Numbered from the whole stretch's first letter, positions 1-15,045 are shown. The stretch: 63,114 bases of DNA, filler included, from Bigelowiella natans CCMP2755 (GCA_000320545.1; 6 parts of 6 records of this genome joined end to end with filler, not necessarily neighbours in it); one strand, 5' to 3'. Numbers and translations: made by a program. The notes: generated from the sequence alone by a model not told the origin.

Positions 1-1115
1 TCCCCGTCCTTGAAACCATTCCCAATCCGGAGGCAAGGACGTCGGGGGGGGGAGGGCTGGGTTCAGACGCCTTCTTCCCCTCTTCTCGATGAGCTCCTTC
101 ATGATGGAGGTTGCCATCATCATCATCGCCATCGCGGCTTCGTTTTCGATCATCATCTTGGGCATTTCTACCGACACACACACACACACACACACAAACA
201 CATACCACACAGCTATCAGTCTCTAGTATTCGCATTTGTAAGATGGGTTCGATAACATAATTCGCAAAGGAGCACACGCGCTACAACGACAGTGATGATG
301 CTCGCCACACTCCGTTATTCTCTCGTTAACCCCCCTCCTGCCTCCACCCCACCCTCCACCCTCTCTCTATCACTTCCAACAGCTCTCCCCCCCTGCCCCC
401 CTCCCGAATCATTGCCTATTGCTGCTGTCCACGGTGCTGTTTACGGGTGCTCCTGCAGCTATGAGCAGCTCGACGATTTCGGCATTTGGAGGTAGCCGTT
501 GCAATGGAAGCTCTTTTCTATCGCCGCCTTCGTCATCGACGGTGTCTCCATCTCCACTTCCAAGCTTCCCACTACAACCAGTGTTGCTCGTACCACCATT
601 CTCGTCATCATCATCATCATCATCATCATCATCGTCATCGTCATCGTCGTAATCATGATTCTGCAGGTTGAGCGGCGACATGGCAATCGCCTCTATGATC
701 ACTTTTGGATCACGCACAGCCGCATGAAGGGCCTGGGCAGATCTCTCGGGCAAACTGGACGCATTCTGAAGCAATACGCGGAGGCCGTTTGGCGCTCTGT
801 GCACAGATGCAGCAAAAGGGAGAGAAGAGAAGAAGGGGGGGAGGAGGGTCATGGAGATTCAAACAAAAGGCAGAATGTGCTGAATTTGCGTGTTTGTGGC
901 GAGCCTCCAACTCATTGCGTCTCAAGGCTTTGAATTCCCTTCAGACGAAACAACCATCATCATCACCAACGTCATCATACTCGTCCTCACCATCATCATC
1001 ATCAATCATCATCATCATCATCCTTGTCATCGTCATCGTCATCATCGTTATTATCATCATCATCATCATCATCATCCTCATCGTCATCAAGAACAAGAGC
1101 TATAACAACGCAACC

Positions 1116-1150
<35 letters not shown>

Positions 1151-2345
1151 TACCTATGGCGAATGGCAACCCGTATTGGTGACTCTGGGAGCGTCGCAAT
1201 AGAAGCTGCGAGATCCAGGCTACTACTACAACGACGACGACTGCTACTACTACTACTACTGCCACTAAAAAGCTGTTTCTCGAGCTTTTGCCCATCATTC
1301 ATTGCGACAGATCGCAGCAGCGGAGGGTATCGAGCGATGCGGAGGACGTTACGAATGTCCGACTAAATGGAAAAACGACAGCAGAGACGGAAAGGGGGAG
1401 GGGGTAGGAGGTGGAAGCGTTCAATAAATTAGGCCAGGAGCGCGAATGCTATGCCCGACAAGTCCTGATCGTTTTCGATTTTGCTGCAACGAAGCTGCCC
1501 GTGCTGCTTTTGTCGCAAAGCCTTGCATCATAGAAGTAACTACCCCGGAATAATAAATAATACTGGCTTTTCGGTCGCTGAGAACCCTCAGAAAATCAGC
1601 GAAAATCCGCAGTCTGAGAGCCAAAAATAAATGGCCGTTCTTCTTCGGTGGCACGATAGGCGCATCCATCGTGCAGAAGAAACACCCGTTTACTATGGCC
1701 TCAATTTCGAGTATGAATCTTTGATTTCTCTACTACTACTACTACTACTGCTGCTGCCGCTGCTGCTGCTACTGCTACAACCGATACCTTTCCTGAGACC
1801 AAAGCTCTCTCATATGGCGTCTGCTTGCACTGAGCACAATACGCAGTGATTAGGGGTAGGCCATCGCACGATCAAAGGAAATGCTTACTGAAAGGAAAGA
1901 ACATAGCATTAATGGAGGAAGGGGGGGGTTAACTCGCACTGCACAAGTTGTATCCAACCAACCGTGTGCGTCGATAATAATGCAAAGTAGAGATCAAAAG
2001 GACAAGGAGATAATACTGAATGCTGCCTCCAGTGACAATCAAACAACACCCCCCCCACCCCCGCCCCTCCCTCTAAACAAATTTCTCAATAGGAATGAGC
2101 GATGCTCACAATCCTCGCTGAAACGAGCACACTATACTACTACACCACACGTAGTTACCACCTTGGTATGTACAGCATCTGGGTCGCTCTTGGCTTGCAG
2201 CAGCAGTCGCACAATCTGTATACAGTAGTAGAGAACAGCACCCCACAGCATCAATGACGTAAGTTACCCAAACAAACGGCAGATGCGAAGGTCAAAAGGC
2301 GGAGACAGGTGGCGGAAGATTATTGAAGACACAAACACATATATG

Positions 2346-2386
<41 letters not shown>

Positions 2387-3822
2387 CATATGCAAAACAT
2401 ACATATACCCCAACCTCCCCCCCCCCCTCCACTCCCTGTCAAACTGATACGCATTCTGGTGGATGGACGTGACGGCCACGTGCAGCGCAGTCTCCCCGTT
2501 GTCGTTCACAATACGGGTCAAAACCCCCGCCGCTTTCGAGTCGCCGCCATTCTTCAACAGCAGCACCCTGGCCACTTCTACCTGGCCTGCTTTAGCTGCA
2601 AGATGTATTGCCGTGTTTCCGGAGGAGTCACGAGCTCTAGGGTCGGCTTTGAACGACAGGAGGGAGGAGCAGATCGCTGCAGCAGCCTCTCCCCTATTCA
2701 AATTCAATTATAGCATCACGCATTTCGTTCGGTTGCAGGGGGGGGGGGGGGGGGAGGGAGGGAGGGAGGGGGGGGGGAAGAGGAAAAGAAGAAGGAAAAT
2801 CAGATTTATTCTCTCTCTTCATGTGCTCGTTGTAATGCGATGCGCGGTGTCGTGGCTGCAAGTGTGAAAATCCTCTTTGGAGATACGAGAAAACGCCGTG
2901 TGGGTGCGAGCGTGGCCTTGCACGATAACGCACTTCATGACGATCTTCGAATCTATTTCCTCTATGCCTCCTCTCCACTCTCTCTTCGTCTTCTTTTACT
3001 ATACGAACGAGAACATATATTCAACCGAAACCGTGCGCACACGGCGCGAAAGGAATGCACATGTAGAGCTAGACGTGTGTGGTGGTGGTGGTGGTGGTGG
3101 TGGTGGAAGAGGACTTTTGGTCCGACAGCTCCGCCGTCCTGTGCAAGGCGGTTTTGCCGTGGTAGTCCTCGAGGTTGGGAGGGCATTTCATTCGCAGAAG
3201 GTACTCAACCAAGCGCCCATGAGAGCGAAACTGCGCGGCTAAGTGCAGCGGAGTCCTCCCCTCTCTATCCACCTGCTCACAGTTACAATGGGGCGCGAAA
3301 CCAAAGAACACACTGAAACAGAATACAGAGCCGACGTTGGCCTGGAACTACTAGACCACTACCACTCCGCGTCTATAAGGTGAAGAAGGAGCACATGATG
3401 GCAGTAGCAATATTTAAGCGCAGAGCAATCACACTACTATCTCCACTCTCACACTCGGAACGATTTCCTTGACAGACGCATAAACGCGTGCTCTAAATCA
3501 CACACTTCCAACACCTTCACTGCCCCCACAATGGCTACAATCGCCTCCATCATAATAGCATTCATTAACAAGCGCCCCCCCCCTCCCCCCTTCCTCGATC
3601 TACCTCCCAGTCTTTAGCAGTCGCTCGAAGAGGCTCGCGAGGAGGGTGAGGATACGATGACGACGATGAGGATGAGGATGAGGATGATGATGATGATGAT
3701 GAGGAGGAGCTGCTTTGATTGCCCTGCGCGCCCTTCTCAGTACTTTGGCGGCGTTGGAAGCAGCGGAGGCGAGGGTTGGAGAGTAGTCGAACGCAACTCT
3801 GCAGATATGTACATATGTGCAG

Positions 3823-3855
<33 letters not shown>

Positions 3856-3867
3856 TTATACATATAG

Positions 3868-3903
<36 letters not shown>

Positions 3904-4092
3904 TATAGATAATCATATTGACTCCGATCATCTTTATATGCTGCCCTGCTTATTGGGAGGCATGCTTGGCACTTGCTGACGCGGAACATGTGCGTGGGGG
4001 ATGTGAATGCGAGGGAGATCGTCTGCTGTCGCACCTCAAAAGAACCCTGCTGTGCTGCAAGATGCAGAGGCGACCTGCCTTTGCTGTCCTAT

Positions 4093-4133
<41 letters not shown>

Positions 4134-4159
4134 CACGAGTACATGTTATGAAAAATAAT

Positions 4160-4194
<35 letters not shown>

Positions 4195-4239
4195 ATGTTG
4201 TGTAAATGTGTTAAGTAATGTTTAGAATATTTATAAACA

Positions 4240-4285
<46 letters not shown>

Positions 4286-5793
4286 TATTACAGCAAACTG
4301 AAACATAGAGAATTAGTCCGTTCATCGCTTTGCTACCTTCGCCTTCACCGAAGCCTTGTGCTCTATCAGCAAATCCACCGCAGAGAATGTGTTCGAAAAC
4401 GCAGCACTGAACATCCCAACCACACAATATACGCAGCAATGAGCATTACAACGGCGACGTGGCCATTACCACGCATGTAACAGAAGAAACAGCGTCTACA
4501 TCGCCAGCAAGAATGCTTATTTTGCGGGGGAAAAAGCGCTGGAAGGATTTCCAATGCACTCTATCCCCGCCCCTGTGAATTCATTCCCCTATTCCGCAGC
4601 AGCTTGCTATTGTCGCGCATTACTAGTGCAGGGGGTTCCAGAATATCTTATCAGTGATTGAGGGATCGGCGTCCAACTAAACAAACAAGAAAATGGGGAA
4701 TGTTATTTGAGGGTTTTGGGGGGAGAAATGCAAATAGGAGAGACGTCACACGCACAGCGTCCCATGTGGTAGTATTGAAGCGCACGGGGCACGCATATGG
4801 ATGGGGTTATTCGGCGTTATTTGAAATGATAAGTCGTTCAAGACGTTCAATATGCTGATGTGTATAAGGCCTTTGGAATCTCGCTGACTGTCGTTATCCA
4901 TCTCTCATATACACTCACAGCACCTGCAGCAGCGTTTGTATGGAATCGTGGATTGCATCGTCCTCTCCCAGGTGCTATCAGTGTATATGGCATGATATGG
5001 GCATATTCACTCGATGGATGTGACTAATCTTCCTACCGCTTCTCCATCACAACTATTACGGATGCTTGTTTGCTGCTGCCCCTTGAAGCAAATGGCGGAT
5101 AAAGCAGTAATCCCTACATAACAGCGCGGAATATATATAAATACACAGAGAGAGAGATGAAAAAAAAAAATAATAAATAAATAAATATATATATATATAT
5201 ATATATATTGACATATTATCATATAATATAAAGACGATATTATAGTATTGTAATGGCAAGGCCATCTTGCAGTACGATTGGTATTCATGATTCGTTTCAG
5301 AGTGGTAATTGACTCCGGCAAGGGGGGGGGGGCAGAGAGCCGCGATCTCGCAGCTCAAAGCAAGATGCGACGTAAGTTTGATTACTTCGCACCGTGATTC
5401 GTATGTTCAAACGCACACCAAATCCATTCTAGAGGACTTTGGCGGCATTAAACAACAATGCATTGCCTCGCTGCCAGCAGTAACATCAAAAGCTTCTCAG
5501 CCTTTTGGTGATCGAGTGCGATTTTGACTATTTATCGTCATCATCACCACATTCGTCATCATTTCGTCTGTCCTCTATACTTGATTAACACCGCTCACAC
5601 CTTCCGTATCCTTGAGATTGACACTAACCCCAGCTTCGACGAGACGCTGTGTTAGCAAGAATCATACGTGGTTGACCAGAAAAACCAAACGCCACCGAAT
5701 TGGTAGAGCGCAGGGAGGCAGGGGCTCGCCATAAAGGAACAGCGGCACTTATCCGTCATGTTTACCAATCACAAGCCTCTCTTTACTCAAATA

Positions 5794-5832
<39 letters not shown>

Positions 5833-6194
5833 TATTATATTCCGTATTTTTGCATTGCTCCGTGGGATGTAGGAAGAAAGAGTTGAGTGCTGTGTCCATT
5901 CAAAACAAGCCTCCTCCGCCATTACCTTGATTGTCCCAGCAGTTGCCCCCTTCTTCGAGGCCAGATGCAGTACACTCCACCCTCTGGATGGTGAATAGCA
6001 TAACGCTTTAGTGTGGTGACCCCCCCTCCTCCCCAACCAACAGAGGCTTAGAAAGCGTTCATTCGCAAAGCTGCTACTACTAGTAGTGCTGCTGGTGCTG
6101 TTGGGATATACCATGCGAAGAAAGAGAGCGTATTGAAATCATTTTTGTCGTTATGCTGGTGCAGGCGGAAGATGTGCATAGCATGTTTATTATT

Positions 6195-6238
<44 letters not shown>

Positions 6239-6285
6239 TTTTATATATTATAACTGTTGCCGGAAGTACATAGCATATAAATAAA

Positions 6286-6331
<46 letters not shown>

Positions 6332-6367
6332 CCTTTGAATACACACACATATTTGTTTTTCAATATG

Positions 6368-6403
<36 letters not shown>

Positions 6404-7977
6404 GAAGGGAGAGGGAGAGAGAGAGAGCGCGAGTTTGTATGTGTTTGCTATGAATTACCGCGTCCTTGTTGTGGCGGTCACGTCTCCTTTCATGCTCACG
6501 AAGTACCCGATCATCCCCTTTGTTTATTTTCCAACAACAAGTGACAACACGCACTCGGACGCAGCATTTTCCTTGTTCATTTTTTTCTCTAATTCTGATA
6601 CTTGGCTAAATCAGTATTGTTGAAGAGAAAGTCTTGTTTACATGCAGTTTGGGTCTATTTGCCATTTGTAGCATCCCAGTCCAACCCTAATGATTGCGCG
6701 ACAACAATGAGCACACAAGCAATACATAATCACATCAAATCAGGAGGATAATCTATGCTCCTCCGCTTCGCTATCAGAGGAATATTTGTTGCTTTACGTC
6801 TTCTCTCTCTCTTTCTCTCCCTTTTGCTCGCGCTCCCCCCCCCCCCTGTCCCCCCCCTCTTCTCATTACACTTTGCCTCTTTGCGTACCCACCCCGTCAT
6901 CGCAAGCATTCAAGTCGGCGCTGCGGTCAACAAGCAGCTTTATAACCTATACGATGACAACAACAACAACAACAACGACAACAATAACAACAACAACAAT
7001 AACGACCACGATGATACGTCGATCTTCAAATCGTTTTTTTATTTGCGGGAGGGGAGGGGGGGGTTCAGCGCAAGATTTGTTCCTTGGAAGGTGCGCTTTG
7101 CAACCAACAAACTGCACAATAACGAGGACGAACACCACCTTGCTGAAGTCTTTTGAGATTGCGACGGAGAGAACACTGCGGCCTGTAGAGTCGCATTCGT
7201 TTGGGTCCGCATTCGCGTCCAAGGCGCGCTGGATATCCTAGAGTGTTTCCGTTTCAATAACACACACATGCATCGATAGTACGCGATACGTTCATATATA
7301 TATATATATATATATTATATTATGTAAACATGTATGTATTTATCACATATCAAAAATAATGTAAAAACTTTATTATAGTATGCCTACTAGCACTAATCTT
7401 ACCTCAGTTTCCCCCTTGCAGGCTTTGATGAGAAACCGAAGCTTGACTGCCTTCTTCTTCTTTTTCTTCACTTTCGCATCTCCTCCTCCCTTAACACCAG
7501 AAGTGGGTCAAAAATATTTCATAGACTGTTACACGTTAGGACGATGAACCTTTACAACGTCCTTCGTCCCTTTCACATCTGCTTTCTCCTTCACGACGAC
7601 TACTTCGCCGAACTGGACAACCTATTACGTCAACAACGTCGCCCATTTGTTAAGTTTTGACGATCCAATGCCCGCAGCCCCACCCCCAAAAAGCTTCTTT
7701 AGAGCATAGCAGAATGGAATTGTTCGAAGCAAAAAACGAATGGGAGTTCTGTTCGAAACTGCAGCGTGCTGGCATGACGTTCATATCAATAATTGCTCTG
7801 TACCTTCTTGTTTAAGGTTGGGCTCGGATACATTCCGGGCGAGAGGCGTAAAGCCCCCTTCGTCGGGGAAGGATGCCTTTTGGAACTTACTTCGATAGTA
7901 AGAGGGGTCTCTAGTTCCAGCCGTCTCCTTCCATTTGCGGGTTCAGCAGATACTTCGATGGCAGCCTCATCCTCCAT
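1..7977 (-). CDS. Multi-exon ankyrin-repeat protein; 3' end probably runs off the window start
   Basis: Minus-strand exons with ankyrin motifs: DANADPNECDSTGRSVLSVA (~7150-7237), GWSVLHLASKKG (~5925-5985), GRTPLHLAAQ...GKTALHRTAE (~3110-3275), GNTAIHLAAKAGQVEVARVLL...GETALHVAV (~2440-2695), EIVELLIAAGAPVN (~420-500). Putative ATG at 7977 (MEDEAAIEV...). Introns carry microsatellites. Confidence 0.85.
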
Positions 7978-8527
7978 ACTTCCCCTTATGTGTGCTGCTC
8001 CGAGATTGTTTTCGTGATTATTTTAAGAAAAGTATTTATCCGGAAAATATCTAAAATAAAGTTTTGAATTATTCCTTTCATAGGCTCAATTCTACAAAAG
8101 TCGGTCGTGCAAATGAAACTACTCATTACGATATTTCTTGCACAAATCTCGTTCATCGCGATGATGTACAGATTTCGAAGGCGGATGCATTCTTCCTGTG
8201 TGTGACAATGAGAATCCCAAGTCGCATTCGGGTTATTTGCATCGGATATTTTTAGTTGCGACAATCGAAATAGCTTCTATCCTGATGGAAATGTACTGCG
8301 TTTTAGTTTCGTTTACCAACAAGCGAAACGAAAGGGTTTCCCTCGGAAAGTTCTCCCCCCTGCCATTATTCCGCTGTAACCCTCGCCCACTATACAATGG
8401 AGAGAAGGGACATATCTGCCATAGTGGAGGAAGCCTCTAGGCTTGATCGTATGATTAAGAATAAGCAGACCATGACAGGTTTCCTGCACCTCTCTTATAA
8501 TAGCCATCCTTCCTTCCTTCCTTGAAA

Positions 8528-9655
8528 ATGAGTCTGATCTTCGCTGCCCCCACGACGCCGAAGTAATGTAGCTTGTTGTGATGCCAAAGGGATCAAAAGT
8601 GCTGTAGGATTAACTTCATCTGAAGAACGTGAGATGAAAAAAAGGTATCTCTCAGCAAAGTATGCACACTTTCCGGTTGCTTACGCATGCTGTCCTTGCT
8701 GTGTTTTGGCGGTCACCGTATCCACAGGTATCACAAGGCGATTCAGAAGCAAAGGTCCGCCATTCAAAGAAGTTAAAGTGACCATCGCATTTATGTTTAT
8801 TGACTTCAAACATAAATATTCTCGCTTCCCTTACTTCCCCCCCATCCCCTCCACCCGCGCGCGCGGGCACACACACACACACACACACACACCAACACAA
8901 AATCCATATAGCTTCGCTAAATCCGATTTAAAACACAATTACGCCCCTTCCTTCTACGTCAGATCACCCGTGGAATCTCGCAGCAACATCTACGACGAGG
9001 GTATGGAGGGGAGCAGCACATTTCCTCGTAAACACCCAAATCAAACCAGCTACATGAACCCTCTGTCCGGCGCTTTATCCAAGCTCTCTGTCAAAAAGAA
9101 CGACTACGGGCTCAAAGAGACGGAGGATCGATATTCGGTCAGCTCTGCCGCCCATCGTTCGGAACGAAAACCGGGACATTCGGTACTGTCTACCCACGAG
9201 CCTATTATGCCTGACGATATGCAAACTTTAAAGCTACTGCATTCAAAAATTAGCAAAAAACGCTAACCATTGATTTCGGAATCAGGTGGGGTACGCTGCT
9301 CCTAAGCAGAGAGCAACTGCCTGGGGAGAATCATCCGTAGTAAGGAACCCCCCTCCTCGCCGAGAGTACAGTGTGCCGGACCAGGATTACAGGGGAGGTG
9401 TCGCAAAAACAGGCTATGAGGGTAGAAGACAGAGCAGCTATAGAGACGATCTCCATGCAAACCGGTATGACTCGCAGCCGGACTACTCCTCAAGAAGAGA
9501 AGGGGCTGCTTCTTCTTCACGCTATGGCGGAGGGTTGGGTAATAGTAGGTTGAATGATGAGTACAGTCCAGCAAGTGGAGGGATCGGTGGCCGAGGGTCT
9601 CTGTATGGGAGAGGTATACCCGTATTTCCATTATTGATGTATATTCAGAGTGTGT

Positions 9656-9697
<42 letters not shown>

Positions 9698-10350
9698 TAG
9701 TGTGTTGTATACGCGTGATGAAATAGAACTGCATTGGGCGCAGCGCTAGAAAGAAAAAATGCTAGTTCAAAGCAATACCGTTCCTACCCCCTCATTATTT
9801 CCTTAACACTACTTCCTTCTCTGCAGACTACGAGGACAATTACCACGGCAGCGACAACACCTCGAACCCCTCCAGGTATGGGCAGGCGTGGAGAGCGAAG
9901 AGGGGTGGGGGCGGAGCTGACTATGATGCAGACAGCAGGGTGTCTACTTCTGCTGCGTCCTCCTCGTTTGCCCCGGTGCTTCCCTCATCACATCGATATG
10001 GCCAAGAGAGCGACCCTACTAACATGCGATTTGGTGATCCCGAGAACTCTCGTTTCAGTCAAATGCCAAAGGGGGGGGGAGAAAGCCGAGACGTCCGTCC
10101 GGCGGGGGCTAAAGTCACAAGGAGCGTTGGGGTCAGAATTCTCGAGATGTACAAGTTGTGCAATGGGGGGGGGGGGTAGGGGCAGCGAGTTGGAAAGTTA
10201 TCTCTGATGTCTATGAGAGACTGGCGACTTGTAGTTCTTTGCCGTCGTGATGTTATTATCCCCTGCCTCTCTATGCAGGTAGCATCGGTGCTAACGTGGA
10301 ATGATAATCCTCCTGCAGCGTCTAGGAGCAGTGGCAGGGTGATAAGAAGA

Positions 10351-10383
<33 letters not shown>

Positions 10384-10537
10384 GCATTCTACTGACAATG
10401 ATAATCATAACTCATATCACACGATCCCCTTTCCGGAAGGGGAAAAACGAACAACAACTCGCACAAGCGATTTATCATGCAGCCCTCCCCACCCCCGTAA
10501 GCACATGTGTAGATGATGACCTCGCGTGGATATGTTC

Positions 10538-10575
<38 letters not shown>

Positions 10576-11019
10576 GGAAGGAGTAGCCGCGGAATAGAAG
10601 ACGGCAAATGGGCGGATCGCTACCGAGCGAAGGTGCAACGAAACGATGATTCAATCAGCCATGGCTACGCAAACGGCCGATATGGCGGCAGCGGTAGCCT
10701 TGTACGCTCCTCCATCACTCTGAAGCCAACAGACTTGGCGCCTCCCTCCAAATACGCTGTCAATCAGCAAACTGCAGCAGGGAAACTGACGGCAAGGAAG
10801 GGTAAAAATACACGCCATTCCTTCCTTGAAATTAAACACCGAAGAACCAAAGCTAGGGAAGTGACCGGGGGAAAGGGGGAGGGGGGGAAAGGGGTGGGGA
10901 GGGGATCCTCGAGTGCACACCTTTCTGCCCCTGGGCCATCGGCTGCTGAGAGAAATAGGATATCAGAGAGAGAAGCAATCTTTCCAACAGGATTTGAGGG
11001 GACAACTCAATAGTAGCGT

Positions 11020-11060
<41 letters not shown>

Positions 11061-11277
11061 GTGTCTATGTTTGTTTTCATTGCAGGAGAATCGGTGCCGC
11101 ACTCTTCTCGAAAGCACTATAGCCGCGGGGACGGCAGGGGTGCGCCCTTCGGACGTGATGACAACGTCGATCCGTACAGTGGTACTTGTTTCTTTTGCGG
11201 GGTGAATAGAATCGATGCGGCGGGACTTTCCCCCCTCTTGCTCTCCCAATCTTCCTCTATTTAATCACGCGCGCGCG

Positions 11278-11316
<39 letters not shown>

Positions 11317-12969
11317 AAAGAAACCGTACGCCAAACACGACATAGAGGCTAGGAGGGAGCACCGCAGGCATTCCCCACTCCCCCTCCACACACACACACA
11401 CATTGGCTACGAGCACACGGGCACATAAACAAACCGCAGGCTTCGAATCGAGATCTGCCTTCTCCAAAAAGGCACACGAAAACAGCGGCGGAGGGCCTTC
11501 CTATTACAGCAGCCAACAGCCAGACCCATTCACCCGGAGCACCGTTATTCCAGGGGCGGCGAAGAAAGATGCCGCGTCCATCAGAGAGAAGCAGGTTGGC
11601 GGCCTAGTATTGCAGAGCAGAGCCGATTCATTACAGCAGTTGACGAAGCCACTAACGCGCTCTTGCACTTCTTGCCAAGGATAATCGCCTAACGTTTGCG
11701 TGTCCTCAGGAATACGCTGACACAAGCTCGCGACTTGGATTTGGCGATGGATCCCCTTGGACGGAGCAGCAAGCACGCCAGCCAAGAGGTAGCAGCCCAT
11801 TGTCACCGAACATGCCGAATCGCATTAGACGCGTCACACCCCTGTTTGCGCAACAAGGCAAACACGCTTGCACGCACACACCCACACAAACGGAAAAGTA
11901 TCCACCACATCGTGCCTAAAAACCATCTCGAAAACAACGAACAAAGGCGGCCGCCATTCCACGTCGTCGTCCTCTTCTCGCATGCTGCGCCAAGTGCGTG
12001 GAGAGCATGGAGAGGTGGTGGGAGAAGGGCATGGTTCTTCGCATCAAGATCCACCTCCTGCAACCGCTCTCTCCACAGGGCGCTATACCCACCGCGACAA
12101 GGACGATCGATACGCGCCTTATCAAAACCCCGCGCTCCCCGCTCCTGGCGCCGCAGGTAGTGAAAGCGAGAGGCTTCAAACCGCATATATCACACGCGAG
12201 AATGCTAGCGACAAGCAAAAAAACGAGTCGAGCAGAGAGCTGCTTTGCCTTTGGTTTGCGAGCGTATTGCGGGATAAGTAGATCTCGAGAATGCTTTACT
12301 GAAGTGGTGTGTTAATCAATTCCTTTGGCAAAGGCGCTGGCGGCGGAGGAGACGGGCCTTCCTCTTACTATCGTCCCTCGAAAGCGACGATGCAGCAGCC
12401 CGACAAACGGGGAGGCAGTTATTACGGCAGCAGCAGCAGCAGCAGCAGCAGAGCTACTGATTTGGGCATGTATGGAGACATGAATCCTGAAACAGGGATG
12501 GTCCAGGTTGTAGTAGTTCTACTACTACTACTACGCAGTAGTAGTAGTGGTAGTAGTAGTGGTAGTAGTAGTAGTAGACGGCAGTACTCTGTGAAAGAGA
12601 ATGATAGTATTTATGTACGTGCGTGTGTGTGTGTGTGTGTGTGTGTGTTATCATCGCCTCTCACCAACTTGGGGTCGCCCGCATAATTACCCCCCTCCCC
12701 CCCCCACTCCCTTAATACGATATTCGTTTCTGCTGCTACTACTTCTGCGTCCTTTTCGCCTTGGTCATATTTGCCGAATGAATGCCCTCCCCCCCTCCCC
12801 CCCCCCTTTCTTCTTCGCATGCTTGAACTTGCAGGTATATCCTGAGGTTGCTGCGGCTCTTTACGCGGCGATTGATGTGGATGAAGCAAAGAACCTTTCG
12901 GATTCAGGGCTGTTGGACTTTGACACCAAGGGAACTCTCTCTGTCGATCCCAGGGTCATCTTCGCAAAC

Positions 12970-13007
<38 letters not shown>

Positions 13008-13906
13008 TGTAGGCGACGTAATAGTAGTAGTAGTAGAAGCAGTGGTAGTTGTAGTAGCAGTTGTAGTAGTAGTAGTAGTTGTAGTATGTGTGAAAATGTG
13101 GTCAATAAGGCTCTCCCCTTGGTCCGCCGATTTGACATTGTAAATCAGTTTGAGCGCGATTTGGATGATAGCGAGGATCAATGCATACGCGTCCTTTAAT
13201 TGTTAAGAATTTGGGTCATAGTACTAAAACATATTTTCTCCTATCCTCCTCACCCCCTTCCCCACCCTCCTTTCGTTCTCCTTTCTGTCGGCCTCTCTCT
13301 TGCTTCTCCGTCTCGCCTTCTTCTTCTCCTCTTCCTTCTGCTTCATCGAATCGCTCTGTGCGCGCTGCCGTTGGTTCCCCGAGAGCAGGTTCTCCGCATT
13401 CTTGACGACGATTTCCTCGACTCACGACCTGCGGGGTTCCAAGGCGCCACAGCCGCCGGGAAGGACCTCGCGGAAGAGGGCAGAAACGAAGCCAGAGCTG
13501 CACCTCGGTTGTCAGGATTCGGGGGGGGGTACGGAGGTGCTCCCGCCAACCGCCGCTACGCTACCCAAACAGACCGCCCAAGCTTTCGATCGCAAAGCGC
13601 GCATGATCAGGGGGGGTCATCGTTGGCTGAAGGAAGGTAACTGAAAGAAAGTGCTGCGGAGCATTGTTTGTGCCCGAATTCACTATATATGCACGCGTGC
13701 AAAACCGCCAACTTACATCGTTTTTTGGAAATGCCTTTCCAGAGGCGACCCGCCTTCCATCCCTCGGCAAGCTTGGGGAGGGGACAGTAGCCTAGGGGGC
13801 GGAGGAGGAGGAGGAGGAGGAGAAGGAGGAGCACCGTCGCTCTACAGCAATCCGATTGGTCTATTTCATTGCTTCTTCAACCCATATCTGCTGTCCTGAT
13901 ATGCTG

Positions 13907-13950
<44 letters not shown>

Positions 13951-14561
13951 AATGTTTGGTCAATAGGAGTCATCGATACGGCCCTTGTGGGACGCTTGAG
14001 CCAGGCAGCCTACGCGCAAGGTTGTTGTTGCTGTTGTTGTTGTTATGGCTTTGAAATTGCTGTATCGGCGATATACGTATTTGTCGTGTTATGCTTGGCG
14101 AATTGGATCTCCTTTCATGCATTTTTATTCAATATCCACGACTCCAACGGCAGGAATGTCGCTGCTATCGGTATTCAGACGCCTCTCTTCACAAGGAAAG
14201 TATATCACGAAGGAAAGGTAAGCCACTCGTGTAATTGCAGAGATATTAAAACCCAAACACATTTTTACACCAAATGTCCATATGATGTCGATCAATATTG
14301 ACGCATGCTTCTTTTCAGTTTTGCAAGTCGATGCCGCACGATCGACGTAACAATCCCTCCGAGCCAAGTGGAGGCGATATACGCTAAATATGCAACGCAG
14401 GTAGCTTATGACCTCATATATAATCTATATTCATTGCTTTAGCCAAACACTATAAAAAAACACATCTCTTGGCAGTAAATCTAATTTCTTGCTACTTTTA
14501 TTTGTAGTCCGGGCTCGGATTCTCACAGTTTGTGAAATTGCTCGGGGAAGCTGAAAAATGA
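8528..14561 (+). CDS. Large multi-exon Gly/Ser/Arg/Tyr-rich low-complexity protein with C-terminal EF-hand-like pair
   Basis: Many GT-AG-bounded plus-strand exons. The last exons join as MSLLSVFRRLSSQGKYITKE/..FASRCRTIDVTIPPSQVEAIYAKYATQ/SGLGFSQFVKLLGEAEK-TGA (14559-14561), a calmodulin-like helix-loop-helix pattern. Start codon uncertain. Confidence 0.55.
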
Positions 14562-14580
14562 GTAAAATGTTATCAGTACC

Positions 14581-15045
14581 AGGCTAGCAAGCTAGCAAGG
14601 CTAGCTAGCTAGAAGGCCAAAAGTGGACTGTAGTCTAGAAGTGTAGTCTATAAAGTATAGTAGCACATCTAGATACAAAAGCATATAATTTGAATTGTAG
14701 ACAAGAAAATGCTTTTGTTCTGTGTTTCTCTAAGTTCAATTAAAGTTTTCCTTAAAAATTCGTTCGATTCTCAATTGCTTACCACTAGACTAGCAGCTAG
14801 CTAGATCTAGAGCTAGCACATCTAGACATCGCAGCAGTTGCTAGTTGGTACGCACGCTGAACTAGCTAGCTAGCTAGCTAGTGAAGTGAGTGGGACGTCT
14901 TATCATCTAAGACGTGTGCCTGCAGCATTCTAGCATTGCTTGCTAGCTAGCTTCTAGCTAGATTGCTAGATTGTGCATTCATTTTGGAGGTGGCTCGGGT
15001 GTTGTTACGACCTCTTAGACTTGAAATGTAGCGATCACTAGCGCA
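14581..15045. repeat. CTAG/AGCT-rich degenerate low-complexity tract in a convergent intergenic region
   Basis: About 27 CTAG tetramers in ~460 bp (manual count), including (CTAG)5 at 14862-14881. Confidence 0.85.
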
